The translations under genes and the position numbers were made by a program. A stretch of 46,701 nt of DNA from Patescibacteria group bacterium (GTDB lineage Bacteria; Patescibacteriota; Minisyncoccia; Phycocordibacterales; GCA-2747955): contig JBLYPV010000001.1 in the NCBI GenBank assembly GCA_048538215.1, positions 205,495-252,195 on the forward strand, read 5' to 3'. Shown one piece after another: positions 38,473-46,701 of this stretch; position 1 is the stretch's first letter; every line of letters begins with the position of its first letter. The notes beneath the pieces are model-generated. The model ran no database searches. It had not been told where the DNA came from and saw only the letters and a list, made by a program, of their open reading frames with translations.

Positions 38473-38500
38473 ACTATATACCACTTTTACCCACTTTCAA
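38473..38500 (-). promoter_or_regulatory. putative mraZ (dcw) promoter
   Basis: Minus strand reads TTGAAA-N16-TATAGT, or alternatively the extended -10 TGGTATATA. It is embedded in the MraZ box array. Confidence 0.5.
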
Positions 38501-38534
38501 ACACTTTTATCCACTTTTACCCATATTTATCCAC
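38481..38534 (-). promoter_or_regulatory. MraZ operator: six direct repeats at exact 10-bp phasing
   Basis: Minus strand reads GTGGATAAAT ATGGGTAAAA GTGGATAAAA GTGTTTGAAA GTGGGTAAAA GTGG... Confidence 0.75.
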
Positions 38535-38542
38535 AGTTCATT

Positions 38543-38565
38543 AAAAAAACCGACCTTGTTGGCCG
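38543..38565 (-). terminator. terminator of the upstream membrane-protein gene
   Basis: Minus strand reads CGGCC-AACAA-GGTCG followed by GTTTTTTT. Preceded by a second hairpin tttctcc-gtgtg-ggagaaa at 38577-38595. Confidence 0.55.
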
Positions 38566-38612
38566 ATTTCCCCTTATTTCTCCGTGTGGGAGAAAGTGTT
38601 ATATCTTCCCTA

Positions 38613-39254
38613 CTACTTATCCTTATGGGATGATGCTCCACTTAAATATAAATCATACATTCGTGCTTGGGCAAGATATGTAATAGGAAGTGAAATAAAG
38701 AGCCCTACAATAAAAGCAAGGGCGCCCAAAATATTTATTACTATCATTAAAAATACCAATCCTAGTACATCCCACTTGTGCCCATATGTTAGATGATATG
38801 AACGTTTAAATGATTCGATAATACCGCTTTTTTGATCTAAAATAAGATACAGAGTAAAAATCCAAGCTAATGTAAGAATGACGCCGGGAATAATAAAGAA
38901 GATAAGCCCTACTAACACTCCGAGAACCATCAAAAGTGAAGCAAGCACATAATATAGGTATTGCCTCCACCCTAGCCCCTGCAAAACAGTGCCTAGACTA
39001 ATTTTTTCATCACGAATATGTGCAATTGCTGTTTTAATAACTAAAATTGTTAAAACAAAACTTACAATAAAAGTGATCACATCCACCCACACAAAGCCGT
39101 AAGCAGGCGCTTTGGTGGTAGCAGGATGATGCCCAAATGTAATACTAATCGCATTAATGATGAGAATGATTGATACTAGAATTGCCCAGACCTTCCAATG
39201 TTTTTTATAAGTAGCCCAGGCATATTTGATAATAGACGATAATTGTAATTCCAT
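38613..39254 (-). CDS. hypothetical polytopic membrane protein
   Basis: 213 aa with about 6 TM helices. No diagnostic motif recognised. Confidence 0.5.
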   Translation of the reverse strand: MELQLSSIIKYAWATYKKHWKVWAILVSIILIINAISITFGHHPATTKAPAYGFVWVDVITFIVSFVLTILVIKTAIAHIRDEKISLGTVLQGLGWRQYLYYVLASLLMVLGVLVGLIFFIIPGVILTLAWIFTLYLILDQKSGIIESFKRSYHLTYGHKWDVLGLVFLMIVINILGALAFIVGLFISLPITYLAQARMYDLYLSGASSHKDK

Positions 39255-39449
39255 ATTATTTATTATTATATTACTAATTTTACTATAAGCACGAGCAACT
39301 CTACTGATACTAGATTTTAATAAAAGTCTCTATTTAAATTATAATTAAAATAGATTCAAAGTCTAGAAGCCACCCTTAGTTTTTAATAAAAAGCTAGAAT
39401 TAAAATATCGATATTTACACCAAGGCCTGATTGCCGAGCCCAGCATATA

Positions 39450-41297
39450 TTATGCCAGCACTGCTTTGACACGGCGTACTCCAGCGCTTGATGATTCTTC
39501 TTTTATTATTTTAAAGCTACCGAATTGAGCCAATTCACCAGTATCTGCTACATGTGGCCCACCACAAAGCTCTCGAGAATAGACTGTGCCATCACTAGCT
39601 TGTATGGTATATACTTTTACCGTGTCAGGATATTTCTCCCAAAATGATCCTTCCACTCCTTGCTGTTTTGCTTGATTCTTGCCCATCTCCTCTATGACAA
39701 CCTCCGCCCTAGCTTCAATAGCTCTATTTACATACTCCTCCACTTTATCCAAGACCTCTCGCGACACTTTTGTTTCATTTGTAAAATCAAAGCGTGTACG
39801 CTCTGCAGTAATATTACTGCCCGCCTGATGAATATGATGTCCTAGCTCTTTGCGGAGCCCTGCAAGCATCAAATGCGTAGCTGTATGAAGGGCTCTAATT
39901 TTAGGTGAGTCATCAGCAAGTCCACCTTTAAATTTACCTGCGCTAGCTGTGCGTGACTGCTCTTGATGTCCTGCTAGTAATTTTTCAAAGCCTTTTGTGT
40001 CCACAAATAAGCCGTGCTTTTGAGCCTCCTCTACAATAATATCAATAGGTAGGCCGTAGGTTGTAAAAAGCATATAAGCCTCTTCCGCTGATACTTGATT
40101 CACGGATGAATAACAGCAATGTGCTCCAAAATCTTGAACGGTAATATTATCTCTCGTATTATTGATATCTACTACTTTTGCAAATTCTTTTAGCCCTTGC
40201 TCTAAGGTGCCTTTAAATTTATCTATTTCACCTATAATTTCATCTATAATTATCTGCTGATTAGTCGCAAGATTTTTATATATTTGAGAATACTTATGTA
40301 TGACAAGCTCGATAGCGTGGGCAATTTGATCGTGGTCAAATTCAATAGTACGCATCCTCCCAACTGCTCGACGAAGCAATCGGCGCAAAATATACCCCTG
40401 GTCTTTATTGCTCGGTCGAACACCATCGGCTATCAAAAAGATAGCGCTACGCATATGATCAGCGATGATACGATAGCTTGATGTATCATCTCTATAGGCT
40501 ACTTGGCTGTGCTTTTCTATAAACTTAATAAAGTAGTCAAAAAGATCTGTTTCATATGGAGAATCTACCCCTTGCATAATGGCTGTTACTCGCTCTAGCC
40601 CCGAGCCAGTATCTACATTTTGTGATTCCAACTTACCCACGACTTGATTATCTTTTTTCAAATACTCCATAAATACATCATTCCATATCTCAACCACATC
40701 CTGCCTCTCATCAGCGGCAAAAAATTCTTCTTCGCTCAAATCACCCAAGCCATCTCGAGTCACATCATAAAACATTTCAGAGTCTGGACCGCATGGCCCA
40801 TTTGCTCCAGGTGACCACCAATTATCTTCTACTGTGTAATAAATACGATGCTCAGGAATAAATTGCTTCCAAATCTCTACTGCTTCAGTATCTTTTGGAG
40901 CGTCGTCATTGCCTTTGAATACCGTGACGTATAAACGGCTCGGATCAAGCCCCAGCCCCTCCTCTTTATTTGTAAGAAATTCAAATGACCACCCAATTGC
41001 CTCTTGTTTAAAATAATCACCTAAAGACCAATTCCCCAACATCTCAAAAAATGTGAGGTGCGTCTTATCACCTACCTCATCAATATCATTGGTACGCACA
41101 CACTTTTGTACATTTACAAGACGCGTACCTGATGGGTGCTTCTCTCCCAATAAATATGGCACAATTGGCTGCATCCCCGCCGTATTAAATAAAACAGAAG
41201 GATCATTTTCTGGTACAAGTGGGGCTGATGGAATAATGGCATGCCCCCGCCGTCCAAAAAAATTTAAAAAGCGTTCTCTAATTTCATCTGATTGCAT
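39450..41297 (-). CDS. alaS: alanyl-tRNA synthetase, shortened form (no C-Ala domain)
   Basis: FLNFFGRRGH...LFNTAGMQP...WSPGANGPCGP catalytic core. Editing-site HTATH...CGGPHV motifs. 615 aa. Confidence 0.9.
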   Translation of the reverse strand: MQSDEIRERFLNFFGRRGHAIIPSAPLVPENDPSVLFNTAGMQPIVPYLLGEKHPSGTRLVNVQKCVRTNDIDEVGDKTHLTFFEMLGNWSLGDYFKQEAIGWSFEFLTNKEEGLGLDPSRLYVTVFKGNDDAPKDTEAVEIWKQFIPEHRIYYTVEDNWWSPGANGPCGPDSEMFYDVTRDGLGDLSEEEFFAADERQDVVEIWNDVFMEYLKKDNQVVGKLESQNVDTGSGLERVTAIMQGVDSPYETDLFDYFIKFIEKHSQVAYRDDTSSYRIIADHMRSAIFLIADGVRPSNKDQGYILRRLLRRAVGRMRTIEFDHDQIAHAIELVIHKYSQIYKNLATNQQIIIDEIIGEIDKFKGTLEQGLKEFAKVVDINNTRDNITVQDFGAHCCYSSVNQVSAEEAYMLFTTYGLPIDIIVEEAQKHGLFVDTKGFEKLLAGHQEQSRTASAGKFKGGLADDSPKIRALHTATHLMLAGLRKELGHHIHQAGSNITAERTRFDFTNETKVSREVLDKVEEYVNRAIEARAEVVIEEMGKNQAKQQGVEGSFWEKYPDTVKVYTIQASDGTVYSRELCGGPHVADTGELAQFGSFKIIKEESSSAGVRRVKAVLA

Positions 41298-41315
41298 AGT
41301 GTATTGATTATAACA
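41298..41315 (-). promoter_or_regulatory. extended -10 promoter close to the alaS start
   Basis: Minus strand reads TGTTATAAT-CAATACACT-ATG. Confidence 0.55.
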
Positions 41316-41392
41316 GATAGCCCTCTACAACAAAGATCGCCCTTCCCCACCCATATCTCGGGGAAGCCGGGCTTCTCTCTTTTCCCACAGGA

Positions 41393-42136
41393 TTAATGTA
41401 AATAGTGCTGAAGAGTATATTCCCAATCCTCATCTGGATTGCCTTGCGCACGTTGCTCTTGCTTTTGCTTCTGTAGCCACTCTAAATAGCCCTTGTCTTC
41501 CAATGCCACTTGGGCAACCAACTTATCTTTATATTTACCAAATGAGAAACGCTTGATACATACTGGTAATTTAGAAATTTCCATCATCTTATCAATCACC
41601 TTCTTGTGTTCTCCCTCTTGGGAAAGCATTTTTTCATAGAGCCGATCAAAAAGTTTGATAAGTACACGAATATCACCCAAGGCATTATGAGCTGGTGCTT
41701 CTTCGGGGGCAATATCAATATCCAAGTAATATCGTAGATATTGCATGCCATAGCGCGGAATTACTCCCTCTGGATCCAAGTACTGTGCTACTTTAAGCGT
41801 ATCAATATAACGGCTCGTTGATACTTCATCTTTGGCAAGCATCGCTAAATCAAATTGGGCGTTATGAGCTACGAGAATATGATTCTCTTCTTCAAGTAAT
41901 TGCTTGAGGTGTGCTTGCATTTCTGATCCCTCGAATGGCTCTTTATCAGCTACCATTTTATTAGTGATATGACTGACCGCCATCGCCTCAACACTAATAG
42001 CTAGTGGTGGCTTAAAAAGCTCATTGTATTCTTTGCCTTGAAAATTGTATGCTACCTGGCATATTCTGTCTTGCTCATCTGTACCAGTAGTTTCTGTATC
42101 AAGAAAAACTAAATTATCATATTGCATGTCACTCAT
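41393..42136 (-). CDS. DEDDh 3'-5' exonuclease (DnaQ/ExoX-like) with a C-terminal DUF3820-like tail
   Basis: FLDTETTG (ExoI), HNAQFDLAML (ExoII), HNALGD (ExoIII). C-terminal FSFGKYKDKLVAQV...YLEWL. Confidence 0.75.
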   Translation of the reverse strand: MSDMQYDNLVFLDTETTGTDEQDRICQVAYNFQGKEYNELFKPPLAISVEAMAVSHITNKMVADKEPFEGSEMQAHLKQLLEEENHILVAHNAQFDLAMLAKDEVSTSRYIDTLKVAQYLDPEGVIPRYGMQYLRYYLDIDIAPEEAPAHNALGDIRVLIKLFDRLYEKMLSQEGEHKKVIDKMMEISKLPVCIKRFSFGKYKDKLVAQVALEDKGYLEWLQKQKQEQRAQGNPDEDWEYTLQHYLH

Positions 42137-42155
42137 AGTATCATATCTATTACTA

Positions 42156-42863
42156 TCATTTTCCCACCTGCGGGATTCTCGTTGCTACATATTCAATAAG
42201 ATATTTGCAAGATGAAGATGTATCCCCAGCATATTGGGCTAAGTGCTCTACCTCCCGATACATATCAAGCCACTTATCGCTTATTTGCTCTTTCCCTAAG
42301 AGGAGATGCCTAGCGAGTGATTGCAAAAAATGAGTAGTCTTTGCCCTATCCGGACTAATACCTTTTTTCGAATCACCAAATAAAAACACGCACATCTCCA
42401 TTCGCTTCGAGTATTGAGCAGATAAAAATTTATTTACTAACTCCTGTATATCCTTATCTACTCCTCCTGCATCTTCAATAATTTGTAGTCGCGAACGCAC
42501 CGTGGATAAGAAAATATTTTTATCATGAGCTATTATAAAAAAAATTGTATCTTCGCTTGGCTCTTCCAAAAGCTTGAGCATTGCATTTTGTGCCTCACGA
42601 GTAGCTCCATTTATACTTATGATTATAATTTTATTTTCTCTTGATCCTATCGATGTTTTTGATGCAAAATTAATAATAGCTCGAACATCATCGATGCCCA
42701 ACCGCTCATACGAGCGTTGATATATATTGATATTATTAGAAGTAACAAGCCCTCGCTCTTCTCTGAGGTAATCATCAAGCTCTACCTTTAATTGCTCTTG
42801 TGGGCCAATTAAAAGGTAGGCATGAGCCAGGGTATCACCAAGCGTCCTGAGTGCTTCTCGCAT
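42156..42863 (-). CDS. holB: DNA polymerase III delta-prime-like clamp-loader subunit (no P-loop)
   Basis: AHAYLLIGP, AQNAMLKLLEEP and VRSRLQ motifs. The Walker A position reads GPQEQLK. Confidence 0.65.
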   Translation of the reverse strand: MREALRTLGDTLAHAYLLIGPQEQLKVELDDYLREERGLVTSNNINIYQRSYERLGIDDVRAIINFASKTSIGSRENKIIIISINGATREAQNAMLKLLEEPSEDTIFFIIAHDKNIFLSTVRSRLQIIEDAGGVDKDIQELVNKFLSAQYSKRMEMCVFLFGDSKKGISPDRAKTTHFLQSLARHLLLGKEQISDKWLDMYREVEHLAQYAGDTSSSCKYLIEYVATRIPQVGK

Positions 42864-42878
42864 AAGACTATTCTAACA
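42864..42878 (-). promoter_or_regulatory. extended -10 box 6 nt upstream of the holB-like start
   Basis: Minus strand reads TGTTAGAAT-AGTCTT-ATG. Confidence 0.5.
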
Positions 42879-42881
42879 TGG

Positions 42882-43901
42882 CTAGCGCTTGGTGATGATT
42901 GATTTTTTATACATATCCATATGCTCTACCATCTTTCCTGTGCCTTGAGCTACCGCTTCGAGAGGCTGTTCTACAAGCTCTGCTCGTACTCCTGTAGTTT
43001 TTTCTACTAGGGTAGTCAAACACAAAAGCTGGCTCGTTCCACCTGTCATCAAAATCCCTCTTTCAATAATATCACTGGCCAGCTCTGGAGGTGTTTCTGC
43101 TAAGACATCTTTGATGGCTTGGGTGATCTGCTTGAGCTCTTTAGTAATTGCCCCCACTATTTGATTAGTAGAAAGAGTAATAGTGCGTGGTAAGCCGGAG
43201 ATATAATCTCTTCCTGAAATATCAATAGTTTTATTCTCCTCTTTGCTCATAGGTAGGGCTGCTCCAATCTCTGTCTTTATTCGTTCGGCTGTTTTATCTC
43301 CAATAGCAAGATTGTGCTCCCGCTTTACATAATCAATAATTGCGCGATCAATCTTATCCCCTGCACATTTTACCGAGGTAGAGTTTACAATCCCTCCAAG
43401 AGAAATCACTGCGACATCCGTGGTGCCACCTCCACAATCGACAATCATATGCCCTCCCGGCTCTTCAATCCGAATACCTCCTCCGATTGCCCCTAAAATT
43501 GGCTCCTTTACCACATATGCATTTTTTGCTCCTGCACGAATAGCTGCTTCGACTACGGCACGCCGTTCGGTGCTCGTGACTCCAGCTGGAACAGAAATCA
43601 AAACATCCGGCTTGATAAAATTAAATCTTCCCATTGACTTACGAATACAAAAAGAGAGCATCGCTTCTGCTACACGATAATCAGCAATGACGCCATTTTT
43701 CATCGGTCGGTAAGCGACAATATCATCGGGAGTACGCCCAATCATTGTCTTGGCTTCGGTCCCCACCGCTAGAATTTTTTTATCTGTCTGTGATACAGCA
43801 ACTACTGATGGCTCATTGAGCACCACTCCCCTACGTGGTACATATACCAAAATATTGGCCGTGCCCAAATCAATTCCTATCCTTTTATGAAATAGTGACA
43901 T
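42882..43901 (-). CDS. mreB: rod shape-determining protein MreB
   Basis: IGIDLGTANILVY...EPSVVA...VDCGGGTTDVAVISLGG...GGTSQL. Confidence 0.95.
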   Translation of the reverse strand: MSLFHKRIGIDLGTANILVYVPRRGVVLNEPSVVAVSQTDKKILAVGTEAKTMIGRTPDDIVAYRPMKNGVIADYRVAEAMLSFCIRKSMGRFNFIKPDVLISVPAGVTSTERRAVVEAAIRAGAKNAYVVKEPILGAIGGGIRIEEPGGHMIVDCGGGTTDVAVISLGGIVNSTSVKCAGDKIDRAIIDYVKREHNLAIGDKTAERIKTEIGAALPMSKEENKTIDISGRDYISGLPRTITLSTNQIVGAITKELKQITQAIKDVLAETPPELASDIIERGILMTGGTSQLLCLTTLVEKTTGVRAELVEQPLEAVAQGTGKMVEHMDMYKKSIITKR

Positions 43902-43960
43902 ATATGTATATTATAAGTAGCACGCATTATACAATAGTTTTGTATGATAGTCACAGATTA

Positions 43961-45241
43961 TTATTCTTCCCACTCTACTCGTGCACCTAAATCTTGTAAG
44001 CGAGAGATAAAATGTGGATGAGCCCGCGTGATGGGGTCAGCATCTCTAATTTTTGATTTTCCGTCAATCTGGATAGCGACAATAAAGAGTGCCACCACTA
44101 CTCGGATAATGTAGGGTGCCTGTACGGATGCAGGACGCAAATCATTGCCTCCAAAAACAATGAGTCGATGTGGATCAGAAAGATGTGTTTTTACTCCAAA
44201 ATTTGACAAGTCACTTGCCCAGCTCATTGCTCCTTCATATATTTTATTCCAAAAAAGAATATCCCCTTCTGCTCCTACTGCTATTGCTATCATTTGTGGA
44301 AGTAAATCTACAGGAAAATATGGCCATGGCGCTGCCTCTATTTTTTGCAACATCTCAGCTGTAAGTGGGGCTTTAATTTTTCGATTCCAGCCTGTTACAG
44401 TAAGAGCATCTGCTTCTTTAGTAATCTCCAGCCCGAGCTTTTCAAGCTGTCGAATAATCAGCTCCATATGTGGCACGATGGTTGTCTCAACCCGCAAGGT
44501 ACCACCACTGACGCCGCCAATAGCTAAAAAGGTTGCTACCTCGTGATGATCATCAGGCACTCGATATTCTCCCCCAGCCAAGCTCTCTACTCCGTGTATG
44601 GTGAGTCTTGAAGTACCAATACCTTCTATTTGTGCACCAAGCATATTTAGAAAATTACAAAATTCTTGTATGTGTGGCTCTGATGCTGCATTATTTAATA
44701 CTGATGTACCACGAGCTAGTACCGCCATCATAATAAATGTCTCAGTTGCTGTAACCGAAGCATAGTCTGCCCAGACCTCGGCAGACTCTCTTGTATCCAA
44801 AGCAAGCTCATAAGGATGATGTCCTCTAAGCTCTGCCCCGAATTCTTGAACAATATAAAGATGTGGATCAATTTCACGCAAGCCAAGAGTACACCCCCGA
44901 GAGCTTGTATCAAATCGTAATTTACCAACTCGTCTCAACATTGGGGCAATCAAGAGCACTGAGGATCGTATTCCTGTGGGAAGCATCGTCCCTGATACTT
45001 GTATATCCGAATGTGTAACAGTAATCGTCTCCGCACTCTTATCCCAATCTACCTCTGATCCAAGAGAAGAGAAATATTCACTAATCTTTTGTACATCGGT
45101 AATCTCAGGCACGTTGGTGAGTGTAATTTTTTCATCGCTAAGCAAACTCGCACACAACATAGGCAACACTGCATTTTTATTCCCTGAGGGCTTTACCGTG
45201 CCTGAGATTGGTACCCCTCCATGTACAATCAGATTTGTCAT
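43961..45241 (-). CDS. murA: UDP-N-acetylglucosamine 1-carboxyvinyltransferase
   Basis: VHGGVPISGTVKPSGNKNAVLP and the RGCTLG active-site Cys loop. Full length. Confidence 0.95.
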   Translation of the reverse strand: MTNLIVHGGVPISGTVKPSGNKNAVLPMLCASLLSDEKITLTNVPEITDVQKISEYFSSLGSEVDWDKSAETITVTHSDIQVSGTMLPTGIRSSVLLIAPMLRRVGKLRFDTSSRGCTLGLREIDPHLYIVQEFGAELRGHHPYELALDTRESAEVWADYASVTATETFIMMAVLARGTSVLNNAASEPHIQEFCNFLNMLGAQIEGIGTSRLTIHGVESLAGGEYRVPDDHHEVATFLAIGGVSGGTLRVETTIVPHMELIIRQLEKLGLEITKEADALTVTGWNRKIKAPLTAEMLQKIEAAPWPYFPVDLLPQMIAIAVGAEGDILFWNKIYEGAMSWASDLSNFGVKTHLSDPHRLIVFGGNDLRPASVQAPYIIRVVVALFIVAIQIDGKSKIRDADPITRAHPHFISRLQDLGARVEWEE

Positions 45242-45258
45242 ATCACGCTATTATAGCA
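45242..45258 (-). promoter_or_regulatory. extended -10 promoter close to the murA start
   Basis: Minus strand reads TGCTATAAT-AGCGTGAT-ATG. Confidence 0.55.
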
Positions 45259-45267
45259 CGCATCGAC

Positions 45268-45606
45268 CTATGCAAGTCGAGTACCATTAGGCACTGGTGT
45301 ATCTGGACTGATTAAGACTACTTTTTGATTATTATCATACACTCCTGTAGTCAAACACTCTGATACAAAGGGGCCAATTTGCTTATCAGGAAAATTCACT
45401 ACTGCCAATACCTGCTTACCAAGCAAGCTATTGGGGGTGTAGTAATCGGTAATTTGTGCGCTTGAACGCAAGATCCCTATCTCTCTTCCAAAATCTATCT
45501 TGAGTTTATATGCTGGCTTTCGTGCCTCAGGAAAATTGTCTGCCTCCAGAATGGTGCCGACTCGTAGCTCAATTTTTTCAAAATCATTCCAATTAATTCT
45601 CTCCAT
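45268..45606 (-). CDS. csaA: CsaA/EMAP-type tRNA-binding domain protein
   Basis: MERINWNDFEKIELRVGTILEA...KPAYKLKIDFG...VNFPDKQIG. Start placed at the ATG 45604-45606. Confidence 0.75.
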   Translation of the reverse strand: MERINWNDFEKIELRVGTILEADNFPEARKPAYKLKIDFGREIGILRSSAQITDYYTPNSLLGKQVLAVVNFPDKQIGPFVSECLTTGVYDNNQKVVLISPDTPVPNGTRLA

Positions 45607-45967
45607 TTTCTTTAAAAATAAAATTATGATCTGGCTCAATCATTGTATCTCCTAATTTATGATTTTCTCCCACTTCTCGCAATACCTGGCTCGGCTTAAT
45701 AATACTAATCCATAATCTGCTCTCAATAGTATGGCGAGGAGCTTTATCTCTTATATCCCCTACTACTTTATCCCACTCCATATCATTCATCCTTTCTCTG
45801 CGGTACACGGTGGCTAATAATTCAGCTTCCTCTACCTTAAAGCCCTGTTTTCGATACTCATCTTGTACATTATGATAGTCTTGATGCCCGAAAGCCCTCG
45901 TTTCAAGAGATTGAGTATTATTTATCCCTTGCTTTTTGTGAAAAGGAAAATTTTCTATATTAGACAT
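45593..45967 (-). CDS. hypothetical protein
   Basis: 124 aa from MSNIENF (ATG 45965-45967). TGTATAAT lies 17 nt upstream. Overlaps the csaA start by 14 nt. No recognisable motif. Confidence 0.45.
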   Translation of the reverse strand: MSNIENFPFHKKQGINNTQSLETRAFGHQDYHNVQDEYRKQGFKVEEAELLATVYRRERMNDMEWDKVVGDIRDKAPRHTIESRLWISIIKPSQVLREVGENHKLGDTMIEPDHNFIFKENGEN

Positions 45968-46043
45968 AGATTTATGGTAACACAATTATACAAAGAAAAT
46001 TATGCTATATTTATAGTAATTAGTAGTAATTATATAATATAAT

Positions 46044-46481
46044 ATGAAATTAAACATTCATTCTGTCTCTGGTCGAATTGCAATCGGTAAATTCACTGGC
46101 CTTGTAGTCGGATTACTAGTAGTGCTCGTCCTCCCTTATGCAGGAATACCAACTATGAGTATGTTTAGCCTGGGTATGGTAATTATGTTTGTCTTGATGG
46201 GCTCAATGATTGGGTTTTTCGGGCAATTCGATCATCATCCATCACTCGGCTTTGGAATGCCTTGGTGGATGCGTGGATCACTGGTAGGCTTTGTTTTCTT
46301 ACTTATGTTTATTCTGCTTAGCTACGACGAACTAAAGATCGTAATGGAGTCACCCCTTGTAAGCTGGGTGGGATTGAGCTCGCCTTGGTGGATATTACTT
46401 GATGGAATATTTTATGGTGCTCTTATGGGCTATATTCAAACCACAATTGCTGGCGAAGGCGGTGATTTACCACTTAGCTAA
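46044..46481 (+). CDS. hypothetical 4-TM membrane protein
   Basis: 145 aa with four hydrophobic helices. No diagnostic motif. Confidence 0.5.
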   Translation: MKLNIHSVSGRIAIGKFTGLVVGLLVVLVLPYAGIPTMSMFSLGMVIMFVLMGSMIGFFGQFDHHPSLGFGMPWWMRGSLVGFVFLLMFILLSYDELKIVMESPLVSWVGLSSPWWILLDGIFYGALMGYIQTTIAGEGGDLPLS

Positions 46482-46489
46482 AAATAGTA

Positions 46490-46529
46490 AGACAATCAAA
46501 AACACCCCTAAGGGGGTTTTTGATTGTCT
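46490..46529. terminator. bidirectional terminator between convergent genes
   Basis: agacaatcaaaaacacccc-taa-gggggtttttgattgtct, about 18 bp with one bulged A. Confidence 0.8.
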
Positions 46530-46540
46530 ATATCTCTGTG

Positions 46541-46701
46541 TTATTTTGATCGCTTACGGTCGCTTTCTTTCAAAGATTTTTTGCGAAGACGCAACGACTC
46601 AGGACAAACTTCCAAATATTCATCTGCCTGTATAATCTCTAATCCGATTTCAATATTTAGCTCTTTGGGTGGAGTCAGCACAATAGCATCATCATGACCG
46701 G
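46541..46701 (-). CDS. typA: translational GTPase TypA/BipA, C-terminal fragment (gene runs off the window)
   Basis: Hand translation gives GHDDAIVLTPPKELNIEIGLEIIQADEYLEVCPESLRLRKKSLKESDRKRSK*. This matches the BipA C-terminal signature (LTLEQALEFI.DDELVEVTP.SIRLRK..L.E..R.R). Confidence 0.7.
   Translation of the reverse strand, partial: GHDDAIVLTPPKELNIEIGLEIIQADEYLEVCPESLRLRKKSLKESDRKRSK

Noticed and set aside
44145-44546. Long antisense ORFs opposite well-supported genes. This one is 133 aa opposite murA. Others are 28420-28839 opposite mscS, 14896-15252 opposite mscS, 17052-17411 across dprA/PBP2, 1555-1899 opposite infB, and 8200-8463 opposite the SBP gene.
   Set aside because: The opposite strand encodes proteins with clear family motifs. 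The antisense frames have no recognisable motifs or promoter-proximal starts.

Overview
This 46.7 kb chromosomal window is dense with housekeeping genes. It comes from a low-GC, streamlined bacterium. The organism looks like a Candidate Phyla Radiation (Patescibacteria) lineage, for three reasons:
- The 16S has mismatches at both universal primer sites.
- Several core proteins are domain-minimised (IF-2, AlaRS, DnaX).
- The 16S is not linked to a 23S or 5S gene.

The genetic code is standard: ORFs are intact and TGA ends dprA.

I call about 50 CDS. They cover translation (infB-rbfA, rpsL-rpsG, fusA, gatB, serS, alaS, rpmG, partial typA), cell envelope and division (mraZ-rsmH-ftsL-ftsI, PBP2, mreB, murA, an FtsQ-like protein), DNA metabolism (dnaX, a delta-prime-like protein, dprA, a helicase-nuclease, an exonuclease), two MscS channels and a DsbA/DsbB pair. 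RNA genes are three tRNAs (Ala-GGC, Gln-TTG, Trp-CCA), one duplicated 3' fragment of tRNA-Trp, and one stand-alone 16S rRNA gene.

I found no transposase, integrase, CRISPR array, reverse transcriptase or recognisable defence operon. I cannot point to a convincing multi-gene novel system.

The most notable observations are:
1. The 16S 3' tail lacks the CCUCC anti-Shine-Dalgarno. In parallel, many genes have an extended -10 box (TGnTATAAT) only 6-11 nt upstream of the start codon, so they look leaderless.
2. The 16S is its own transcription unit, with a promoter, a 15+25 bp processing helix whose only mismatches are G-U wobbles on the transcribed strand, and a terminator.
3. Six phased 10-bp MraZ boxes overlap the mraZ promoter, followed by a highly structured leader of about 125 nt.
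4. A secreted protein combines a peptidoglycan-binding domain with about 290 residues that are roughly 50 % Asp/Glu, arranged as three repeat modules.
5. A 35-nt exact duplication of the tRNA-Trp 3' half looks like an att-site scar.
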